Positions 48,472 to 56,663 of a stretch of 64,000 nt of DNA are shown here, in pieces. Numbering within the stretch: the first letter of the stretch is position 1; the number at the start of each line of letters is the position of its first letter. The translations under genes and the position numbers were made by a program. The notes below the pieces were generated by a model. The model saw only the letters and a program-made list of their open reading frames with translations, did not search any database and was not told where the DNA came from. Origin of the DNA: a virus (Duplodnaviria; Caudoviricetes); the IMG/VR virus record IMGVR_UViG_3300006117_000001, positions 1,559 to 65,558 of that record; one strand, given 5' to 3'.

Positions 48472-49598
48472 CTTTCCATTCTGTACTATCCCCATCATCT
48501 AGTGCCCGTTGGCTAGCCTGCCCCCCTTCAGTACGACTGTGCGAAAATCTTCCAGATATAGTTAAGCCCGAGGGTTCGTTTGATTATGCCGCTCAAGGTA
48601 CAGCAGCCCATGAACTTGGAGAAGCAAAATTACGTTTGGTTTTTAATCAAATAACACAGGAAGAATATGAAGCAGCTTACGAAGAAATCAAAAAGAGTGA
48701 GTATTACGACGAAGAACTCGAACACTACACAGACACCTATGTCAATTACGTTCGTAGTCAAGTGGGTTCAGAAGACACTGTCTACATTGAAACACGTGTG
48801 GACTACTCAGATTACGTCCCTGAAGGAACGGGTAGCGCTGATTGTATTATCATTGGACCTGCCGAATGTCACGTCCTCGACTACAAGCACGGGATGGTGC
48901 CAGTCAGTGCCATCTCTAACAGTCAAATGCGACTCTACGCCGTTGGAGCAATTAGTAAGTTTGAAGAAAAATACCCAAACATCAAAAACATTAAATACAC
49001 CATTGTCCAGCCAAGAGCAGAAAACATCAGCTTTGAGGAAACCTCGAAAGAAAAGCTCCTCCTCTGGGCAGACACCATTGTCAGAAAAAAAGCCAAGCAA
49101 GCGTGGGTCGGTAGTGGCAATTTCCAAGCCGGCGACCATTGCAAGTACTGCAAAGCCAAAGCCACGTGCAAAACCCGTCAAGAGCAAATTGACGAAATTG
49201 CCAAGTTAGATTTTAGAGATCCTCAATTACTTAGCGATGCAGAAGTGGCAAGTGTTTTAGAAAAAGCAGAGCAATTAAAAACTTGGGTTACGGATGTACA
49301 AGAATATCTGTTAGCCAAAGCAATCAATCAGGGTGAAGTCCCTAACGGTTACAAACTCTCCACCACTGTAACTCACCGCAAGATTAGCGACCATGCTTTG
49401 GCTGCTGTAGTGCTCAAAGAAAAGGGTATGAGCGAAGAGGTAATCTGGGAGCCACGCAAATTAAAGTCTATAGCTGCCTTGGAGAAGCTAGGACCTAAAG
49501 GTCAAATCACCGCTTGGCTAGGTGACTTAGTGTTGCGTCCAGATGGCCAGCCTAAATTAGTTAAAGTCAAAGAGACCGCAGAGGATGATTTTAAATGA
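48468..49598 (+). CDS. DUF2800 Cas4-like PD-(D/E)xK nuclease
   Basis: HSVLSPSSS.RW..CP.S, GT.AH, G.AD, DYK.G, Q.RLYA, C.YC.....C. Confidence 0.85.
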   Translation: MTFHSVLSPSSSARWLACPPSVRLCENLPDIVKPEGSFDYAAQGTAAHELGEAKLRLVFNQITQEEYEAAYEEIKKSEYYDEELEHYTDTYVNYVRSQVGSEDTVYIETRVDYSDYVPEGTGSADCIIIGPAECHVLDYKHGMVPVSAISNSQMRLYAVGAISKFEEKYPNIKNIKYTIVQPRAENISFEETSKEKLLLWADTIVRKKAKQAWVGSGNFQAGDHCKYCKAKATCKTRQEQIDEIAKLDFRDPQLLSDAEVASVLEKAEQLKTWVTDVQEYLLAKAINQGEVPNGYKLSTTVTHRKISDHALAAVVLKEKGMSEEVIWEPRKLKSIAALEKLGPKGQITAWLGDLVLRPDGQPKLVKVKETAEDDFK

Positions 49599-49753
49599 GT
49601 ACTTGGTTAATAGCAGCAATGGGTGTCGTGTATTTTGTCGTGGCGATAGATCAATTTATGAAAGGTGGTATTGGTACCGGCATCATGTTCCTTGGTTACG
49701 CCATGGGTAATGTTGGACTCGTCATGGTAGCAAAATAACAATAAGAGGTACCT

Positions 49754-50011
49754 ATGATGGTGCAATGCTATGGTTCGGAATTTGAAATTCCAGACCAGCT
49801 TATAGATAAGTATTTTAAAGATTTTGATGGATTACCAGGAAGTGGATTACGCGAAAACATTTGCCAAATCAGAGATTCTATTTACGAAATTGTAGATATT
49901 GTTGAAGAGGATCCGGATGTTTTGCACGAAGCAGAATACCTAAAAGACTTTATGCAGGCGCTTGCTATGAAACAAGCATTACAAAATCACGGAATTTTAT
50001 ACGACGCATAA
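49754..50011 (+). CDS. Hypothetical protein
   Basis: 85 aa ORF with GAGG RBS. Confidence 0.5.
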   Translation: MMVQCYGSEFEIPDQLIDKYFKDFDGLPGSGLRENICQIRDSIYEIVDIVEEDPDVLHEAEYLKDFMQALAMKQALQNHGILYDA

Positions 50012-50044
50012 ATCTCACATGGTGGAATAACAAGTAACAAATTT

Positions 50045-50054
50045 GCGTATTAGT
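50045..50054 (+). promoter_or_regulatory. -10-only phage promoter GCGTATTAGT
   Basis: Exact decamer in the intergenic region upstream of SSB. Confidence 0.6.
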
Positions 50055-50122
50055 ACAGTTAGTAAAGGGTAGACGTACTGGCCCCTATTGAAGTCCAGTA
50101 CTTATGTTAAAAAGGTAATATC

Positions 50123-50641
50123 ATGACTCAAACTACTAAAGTAAAAATCGTTACTGGTAAAGTACGTTTCTCTTACGCTAACTTGTTTGCCCCAAAAGCT
50201 TCTGTAGAAGGCGGCACTCCAAAGTATTCAGTATCCATCATTATCCCTAAAACAGACAAAGAGACTATTGCCAAATTGCAAAAAGCATTTGATGATACTA
50301 AGACTGCAGCAGCAGCCTACTTTGGTGGTTCTGTTCCAAAAAATCTAAAAGGTGGTTTGCGTGACGGTGATCTAGAAAAAGACGATCCAGCATACGCAGG
50401 TTGCTATTTCATCAACGCAAACTCAGTGCAAAAGCCTGGTGTTGTTGATGCAGATCTCAATCCTATTTTAGATCAATCAGAGTTTTACAGCGGTTGCTAT
50501 GGTCGTGCATCAATCACGTTTTATCCTTACAACGCTCAAGGCTCAAAAGGTATTGCGTGTGGTTTGAATAATGTCCAAAAAATGGAAGATGGTGAGAAGT
50601 TAGGTGGTTCTACTAACGCAGCAGCAGATTTCGCAGTTTAA
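50123..50641 (+). CDS. DUF2815 ssDNA-binding protein
   Basis: VRFSYANLF.P...KYSVSIIIPK...LRDGD...YSGCYGRAS...GLNNVQK..DGE.LGG. Confidence 0.88.
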   Translation: MTQTTKVKIVTGKVRFSYANLFAPKASVEGGTPKYSVSIIIPKTDKETIAKLQKAFDDTKTAAAAYFGGSVPKNLKGGLRDGDLEKDDPAYAGCYFINANSVQKPGVVDADLNPILDQSEFYSGCYGRASITFYPYNAQGSKGIACGLNNVQKMEDGEKLGGSTNAAADFAV

Positions 50642-50659
50642 TAGTTTTTAGTAGTACAG

Positions 50660-50694
50660 GGGAGTGTCCGTAGAAACTGCGGCCTCCCTTTTTT
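50660..50694 (+). terminator. Rho-independent terminator after SSB
   Basis: GGGAG...CTCCC stem with inner CCGTAG/CTGCGG pairing and T6 tail. Confidence 0.6.
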
Positions 50695-50721
50695 GTCAAC
50701 TCATCATTTAAAGAATAATAA

Positions 50722-51147
50722 ATGGACCAGTATTACGTGTACCAGCACATAGATCCCGACACCGGTGAACTGCTTTACATTGGAATGGGAAGTTATGAAC
50801 GAGCTTGGCTATGCCGAGGTTCTAACAGAAAGAAAAACCACCAAGAAAGATTGAATGAGTTATTTGCGTTAGGCTATACAATGCAAGATGTTGTAAGCAT
50901 AATAGCAAGCGGTTTAAATAAAGCTTCAGCGTTAAACTTAGAGTTGATTAAAATTGAAAAATTTAAACCAAGGTTTAATAATTTAAGTAACCCAGATTGG
51001 AAATATCCATCAAAATTTACCGATGAAGTTGTAACAATGGTGAAAGCGTTAACAAAAATGGGGTATGGATCACAGAACATTGCTTTTTTAATGGGCGGTG
51101 ATAAAAATAAAAATGCAATGACAATTTGGAGATTAAACAATGGTTAA
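50722..51147 (+). CDS. GIY-YIG-like endonuclease
   Basis: YVYQHIDP....LYIGMG...RA...E...I....P.FN. Confidence 0.7.
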   Translation: MDQYYVYQHIDPDTGELLYIGMGSYERAWLCRGSNRKKNHQERLNELFALGYTMQDVVSIIASGLNKASALNLELIKIEKFKPRFNNLSNPDWKYPSKFTDEVVTMVKALTKMGYGSQNIAFLMGGDKNKNAMTIWRLNNG

Positions 51148-53023
51148 GATGGATCAGTACATGGAATATATCGCGGCAAGTCGTTACGCCCGATTCGTTG
51201 ACGAAAAAGGTCGTCGTGAAAACTGGAGTGAGACTGTAGATCGTTACGTTGACTATATTTTTAGCCGTACACCAGCAATACAAGAAAATACCAAATTAAA
51301 AACCGAAATTCGTAGTGCCATTTTTAACTTAGAATTGATGCCTTCCATGCGAGCCATGATGACGGCAGGAAAGAGTGCTGACCGTGATAATACGTGCGTT
51401 TATAACTGCAGTTATCTCCCTGTGGACGACCCCAAAAGCTTTGACGAAAGCATGTTTATTTTGCTCTGCGGAACTGGCGTTGGATTCTCGGTTGAATCCA
51501 AGTACATTAACCGTCTGCCCGAAGTGCCAGAAAAGTTGTTTGATTCAGAGCACACCATCGTCGTACACGACAGCAAAGAAGGCTGGGCAAAGTCATTGCG
51601 TTTACTCCTTGCCCACCTCTGGTCCGGAGAAATCCCCCGATGGAATGTTGAGTCCGTCCGCCCCGCCGGAGCACGACTCAAAACTTTTGGTGGAAGAGCT
51701 TCTGGGCCGCAACCACTAGTAGACCTGTTTGAGTTTGCTGTTGCTATGTTTAAAGGTGCTAAGGGTCGCAAACTAAACTCCCTAGAGTGCCACGATCTAA
51801 TGTGCAAAATTGGTGAGGTAGTTGTGGTCGGTGGTGTTCGCCGTTCTGCTATGATATCATTATCAGACTTAGACGATGAAAGGATTCGATATGCAAAAGC
51901 TGGACCATGGTGGGAAACCGCTCCGCACAGAGCTCTTGCGAACAACAGTGCGGTGTATTCAGAAACACCTACTGTCGGAAAGTTCATGGAAGAATGGCTA
52001 TCACTTTACAACTCCCATTCCGGTGAACGAGGCATTTTTAATCGGGAGGCTGCTAAAAAGACGGTTGAAAAATACGGGCATCGAGATAGTAATTTTGAAT
52101 TCGGAACAAATCCGTGCAGTGAGATCATTCTCCGACCATACCAATTTTGCAATCTTAGTGAATGTGTAGTACGCCATGACGACAACAGAGAAACACTACT
52201 GCGCAAAGTGCGCCTCGCCTCTATCTTGGGTACCATCCAGTCTACCTTCACCAAGTTCCCCTATTTGCGCAAGGTGTGGCAGAGAAATACTGAAGAAGAG
52301 CGGTTATTGGGTGTTTCCCTCACCGGAATCTATGATAATCCCCTTCTCGCAACACAAGGAGACAAATTAAATGAGTTACTTACCGAGCTTCGAGAGGAAG
52401 CTAGACGAGCCAACGAAGAGTTTGCAGAGCTGCTTGGAATACCTAAGAGTGCTGCAATTACTTGCGTTAAGCCCAGTGGAACCGTCAGCCAACTCGTTGA
52501 TAGCGCTTCTGGAATCCACCCTAGACACTCTAAATTCTACATCCGCAGAGTTAGAGGAGATAAGAAAGACCCTCTCACCCAATTCTTAATCCAACAAGGA
52601 ATCCCAAATGAAGCCTGCGTTTACAAACCCGATCAGACTGTCGTATTTAGTTTCCCTCAAAGAGCGCCTGAAGGACTTACTCGGAGTGATGTTACTCCGA
52701 TTAGCCATCTGGAGCTATGGCTTACTTATCAAAGGCACTGGTGCCACCATAAACCTAGTGTTACAATCTCCGTCGAAGAAAAAGACTGGCCGAGCGTCGG
52801 CGCGTGGACATGGGAAAACTTCAGTGAAATCTCCGGTGTTTCCTATCTTCCCTATGACGGAGGAACGTATCGCCAGGCGCCGTACGAAGAGTGTAGCGAA
52901 GAAGACTACAACAAGCTCAAAGCCAACATCCCGCAAATCAACTGGGAAGACTTCAAAGAAAACACCGACAACGTCGAAGGCGCCCAAACTTTAGCTTGTA
53001 GCGCCGGAAGTTGCGAAATATAA
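51140..53023 (+). CDS. nrdJ: Class II (B12-dependent) ribonucleotide reductase
   Basis: MPSMRA, YNCSY, GTGVGFS, GGVRRSA, GTNPCSEI, TCVKPSGT and terminal C...SCEI; no beta subunit seen. Confidence 0.88.
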   Translation: MVKMDQYMEYIAASRYARFVDEKGRRENWSETVDRYVDYIFSRTPAIQENTKLKTEIRSAIFNLELMPSMRAMMTAGKSADRDNTCVYNCSYLPVDDPKSFDESMFILLCGTGVGFSVESKYINRLPEVPEKLFDSEHTIVVHDSKEGWAKSLRLLLAHLWSGEIPRWNVESVRPAGARLKTFGGRASGPQPLVDLFEFAVAMFKGAKGRKLNSLECHDLMCKIGEVVVVGGVRRSAMISLSDLDDERIRYAKAGPWWETAPHRALANNSAVYSETPTVGKFMEEWLSLYNSHSGERGIFNREAAKKTVEKYGHRDSNFEFGTNPCSEIILRPYQFCNLSECVVRHDDNRETLLRKVRLASILGTIQSTFTKFPYLRKVWQRNTEEERLLGVSLTGIYDNPLLATQGDKLNELLTELREEARRANEEFAELLGIPKSAAITCVKPSGTVSQLVDSASGIHPRHSKFYIRRVRGDKKDPLTQFLIQQGIPNEACVYKPDQTVVFSFPQRAPEGLTRSDVTPISHLELWLTYQRHWCHHKPSVTISVEEKDWPSVGAWTWENFSEISGVSYLPYDGGTYRQAPYEECSEEDYNKLKANIPQINWEDFKENTDNVEGAQTLACSAGSCEI

Positions 53024-53163
53024 CCTACTAGAATATAATTTGCACACAAAATGTAGTTTGTTCAGACAGTGCAGTAGTAACAAAGAACACGGAGCGGTTA
53101 CCCCCGTCTGCATAGGTAACCCCATTTAATTACCGACACGTCGGTTTGCCATAGGAGCATAGT

Positions 53164-53619
53164 ATGAAAACCTGTAATAAATGCAGTATCTCAAAACCAC
53201 TAAATTGTTTTTCTATTAGGAAAAGTACATCAGACGGTTTTCAATGGTGGTGCAAAGAATGTAAAAAACATCACGACGCAAAACGATTTTTAGTTCCTAA
53301 AGACAGATCTAAGTTTTTAATAAACTCTGCAAAATCCCGAACAAAACGTTGGGGTGGCTCTGTAACAATATCTGCCGAATGGATAGAATCTAAAATTGCT
53401 AACGGAGTATGTGAAGTAACTGGCATACCGTTTGATTTAAATCCAAGCAACTTTAAAAGGATGAACCCTTTTGCCCCATCGTTAGACAGAATAGACAGCG
53501 GAAACCGCGATTATTCTGAAGCAAATACACGCGTAGTTTTAGCTTCTGTAAACGTCGCATTAGGTGAATGGGGCCTTGAAGTTATGAAACCTATTTTTAA
53601 AAAGTTAGGAGAACTTTGA
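53164..53619 (+). CDS. HNH-like endonuclease with zinc finger
   Basis: MKTCNKC...CKEC; CEVTG...PSLDRIDS...Y...N.R.V...VN. Confidence 0.7.
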   Translation: MKTCNKCSISKPLNCFSIRKSTSDGFQWWCKECKKHHDAKRFLVPKDRSKFLINSAKSRTKRWGGSVTISAEWIESKIANGVCEVTGIPFDLNPSNFKRMNPFAPSLDRIDSGNRDYSEANTRVVLASVNVALGEWGLEVMKPIFKKLGEL

Positions 53620-55508
53620 TGCTAGTTAATCTTGACTTTGAAACGCGGAGCCATATTGACTTGGCAGAGCAGGGTCTTGATGTTTATGCCGCAGATTCAT
53701 CAACCGAAGTGCTTTGCATGGCGTACTCTATTGATGGTGGTTTAGTAAAATTATGGACTCCGACAACGCAATTGCCACAATTTATGTATGACAAAACTAC
53801 CAAGTTTCAAGGGTGGAATGTCATGTTTGAGTGGCATATTATTAAATATGTACTTGGGTTGGATGTAGAAATTGAGCAGTGCATTGACTCTATGGCCATA
53901 GCAGCGGCCAATAACATACCCCAGTCTCTTGGTGACGCGTCTATCTTTATGGATGCCGAGCACAAAAAAGATACCCGTGGTAGATACCTCATTCAGAAGC
54001 TCTGTAAGCCAATGAAAAACGGCACGTTTAATGAAGATCCAGAACTAATGCGGGAGATGTTTAATTACTGCGCAGACGACGTCCGTGCGGAGATGTCAAT
54101 TGTAGCCGATTTAAGGCCCCTTACAGCCTCCGAACAGCAAATTTGGGAGCTTACCCAGCGCATCAATCTCCTTGGAGTGCCGGTGGATCCAAACGAGCTC
54201 CACAATGCCGTCTTAGCAGTTACAAGGGCTCAGGACCAACTAGACAACGAGTGCCTTGCCCTGACTGGTTGTAAGCCCTCTGAGCGGGCTAAATTACTAG
54301 AATGGTTAAATAAGAGAGGCGCTGGATTGGACGATCTGACCGCCGAGACCGTTACAAAAATGCTGCAGTGCAGCAATTTAGACCTACAGATTAAACGCGC
54401 CTTAGAGTTAAGGCAAGAAGGGTCACAGACTTCTGTGGCTAAATATCAAAAGATGATGGAGATACAACGTGAAGGAAAGATTAGGAATACACTGGTATAT
54501 CATGGCGCTAGTACTGGCCGCTGGGCGAGCCGTGGTGGGCTCAATTTGCAGAATATTGCTCGTCCCACAATCTCGGATGAGGCAATTGAGGCGGCAATAC
54601 CAAAAGTCTTTGAGATGGGAGTGGGAACAATGTCAGAGCTATCCTCTCTCGTCCGCTCCGCCATATTGGCACCTAACGGCAAAACCTTCGTTGACGTGGA
54701 TTTTAGCTCAATTGAAAACCGAGTTGGGGTTTGGCTCGCAGGACAAAACGACAAAGTCGAATTGTTCCGGAAAGGATTAGATGAGTATAAAGTATTCGCT
54801 TCAGAAAGCCTGTACCGCATCAGCTATGATGAAGTCACGAAGGAACAACGCCAGATTAGCAAGTCTGCGGTCCTTGGCGCGATGTTTGGTCAAGGAGCTA
54901 AAGGTCTTGTTAAGTATGCTGAGGGGATGGGGGTCAGTCTGACTGAGGCTCAGGCAAAGAATGCTGTAGATAATTACCGAGCGTCGTATGCGAAGGTGAA
55001 GCTTCTTTGGAGTTTATGCGAGACTGCTGCCATCGACGCAGTTCAGAATCCCGGAACTGCTTTCGCGGCTGGTCATAAGATAAAGATGAAATCGGTGAAA
55101 CAGGTTTTATGGATGCAATTACCATCAGGTCGCCTTATCTGCTGGCAAAGGCCAGAGCTCGAGTTGCTCACCACACCATGGGGGCAAGAGAAGTTGGGTA
55201 TTACTGTCCACAGCCAAAACACATTCACTCGGCAGTGGACTCGCAATCAGCTGATTGGTAGCAACATATTTCAATCTGCCGTACAGGGAACGGCACGTGA
55301 TTTTTTGACAGACGCAACACTCAATATTATGAAAGCCGGGTATCAAGTAATCAATTTGATCCATGACGAGTTTCTCCTTTTAGCCGATGAGGCTAATGCA
55401 GAACAGACTTTGGAGGATGTACTGAATTTGGTAACTAAACCACCAGCTTGGGCGCCAGATATGCCGTTAGCCGCAGAGGGCTGGGTCAGTAAACGCTACA
55501 GAAAGTAA
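53616..55508 (+). CDS. DNA polymerase family A
   Basis: DFET exonuclease motif, TGRW, DFSSIE.RV, RQISK...LG..FG, QGTARD, IHDE. Confidence 0.92.
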   Translation: MMLVNLDFETRSHIDLAEQGLDVYAADSSTEVLCMAYSIDGGLVKLWTPTTQLPQFMYDKTTKFQGWNVMFEWHIIKYVLGLDVEIEQCIDSMAIAAANNIPQSLGDASIFMDAEHKKDTRGRYLIQKLCKPMKNGTFNEDPELMREMFNYCADDVRAEMSIVADLRPLTASEQQIWELTQRINLLGVPVDPNELHNAVLAVTRAQDQLDNECLALTGCKPSERAKLLEWLNKRGAGLDDLTAETVTKMLQCSNLDLQIKRALELRQEGSQTSVAKYQKMMEIQREGKIRNTLVYHGASTGRWASRGGLNLQNIARPTISDEAIEAAIPKVFEMGVGTMSELSSLVRSAILAPNGKTFVDVDFSSIENRVGVWLAGQNDKVELFRKGLDEYKVFASESLYRISYDEVTKEQRQISKSAVLGAMFGQGAKGLVKYAEGMGVSLTEAQAKNAVDNYRASYAKVKLLWSLCETAAIDAVQNPGTAFAAGHKIKMKSVKQVLWMQLPSGRLICWQRPELELLTTPWGQEKLGITVHSQNTFTRQWTRNQLIGSNIFQSAVQGTARDFLTDATLNIMKAGYQVINLIHDEFLLLADEANAEQTLEDVLNLVTKPPAWAPDMPLAAEGWVSKRYRK

Positions 55509-56663
55509 TTAGCGGTTAAGTGGGCTATCAGGATTAAAAGGATTCATTGTGCCTGGAGTAAATCCAGCACCACCGGATGCACCTTTTGACGGCGGTGTAT
55601 TTTTGACTATTGGGCTGCCAGGTATGCTTGGGTCTCTGCCCATATCAATTAAACGTTCTGTATAGGTTCTTGGCTGAGCAGGTTGGTTTTTTTGAGCCCA
55701 TTCCCTAAGCTGGCGTTGTATCTCTTCAAGTGTAGGGGGTTGACCACCTGCAGCAAGATACACTAAACCACCTTGTGCGTAGGCATTGCCCATCGCATCA
55801 ACGCGGCTATAATCTTCTGGAGCACCATGCTCAATTTGTCCACGGGCCATAGCGTCACGATATGCGTTAATAGCCTCAGCAGACAAACCAACACCAGTGC
55901 CAATTACTTTAGCAGCAGGGTGTGGTAACAGTGTTGATGCAGTACCTAACGCACCAACGCCGCTAATTACTGCACCTGGGATATCGCCTTGAACAACACC
56001 ACGATTATATGCGTCAGTAGCTTGCATTCCAGCACCAGCACCAACTAAGCCACGACCCAATAAGGATCCAACGCCACCAATAAATGGTAGCTTGTAGTCA
56101 TATACCCCACGTGCAAAGTTGGCAATGTCTGATAATCCACCAGGCATTATCTTAGCAGCAATGCGTTGTGCTGCCGTAGCATTTTCTGGTAAAGCTTTTA
56201 TTGCTGGTTCTGCACCTGCTCTAGTAAATCCAGGGTATTTTTTATGAAGAGCTGATTCTTGACGAACTTTCTTAGCTGCTTCTAATTGGGCTTCATTGTA
56301 ATTTCTCCAATTTTCCAAGCTAGACTCAACACTTCGGCCACGAGGATTAAATGGAGTATGCCCTTCAGGCAACTCACCCACAACAGGTCCGCGACTCAAC
56401 GGTCCGGCCGCTTGTGTCCGACCTTGTTGCACTGCTTTTATTCCAGACTCAACCATTGGGCGAGCTATAGCTCCAGCGCTAGCGCCTACAGCAGCAGGTA
56501 ACACTGGACTAGCTAATTCTCGTGGGTCAAAAGTTTTAATTTCAGGAAATTCTTGAGGTTTAGCAGATTCAAGATACGAACTTAATTTAGAAACATCTTC
56601 TGTTCTGCCTTCTTTATCGGCAACCCTAATAGCTTCGTAAATGTCTGAAAAATCTTGTGCCAT
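55509..56663 (-). CDS. Putative ejection/internal virion protein
   Basis: 384 aa, Gly/Ala-rich hydrophobic helices, YAQGG/LAAGG motifs; last gene of the late operon. Confidence 0.5.
   Translation of the reverse strand: MAQDFSDIYEAIRVADKEGRTEDVSKLSSYLESAKPQEFPEIKTFDPRELASPVLPAAVGASAGAIARPMVESGIKAVQQGRTQAAGPLSRGPVVGELPEGHTPFNPRGRSVESSLENWRNYNEAQLEAAKKVRQESALHKKYPGFTRAGAEPAIKALPENATAAQRIAAKIMPGGLSDIANFARGVYDYKLPFIGGVGSLLGRGLVGAGAGMQATDAYNRGVVQGDIPGAVISGVGALGTASTLLPHPAAKVIGTGVGLSAEAINAYRDAMARGQIEHGAPEDYSRVDAMGNAYAQGGLVYLAAGGQPPTLEEIQRQLREWAQKNQPAQPRTYTERLIDMGRDPSIPGSPIVKNTPPSKGASGGAGFTPGTMNPFNPDSPLNR

Noticed and set aside
48468-49598. Cas4 as evidence of a CRISPR system
   Set aside because: It is the DUF2800-type nuclease of the DUF2815/PolA/VRR-NUC/SNF2 replication module.
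51140-55508. Group I introns or inteins within RNR or PolA
   Set aside because: Both ORFs are continuous and of normal length; the adjacent endonucleases are free-standing.
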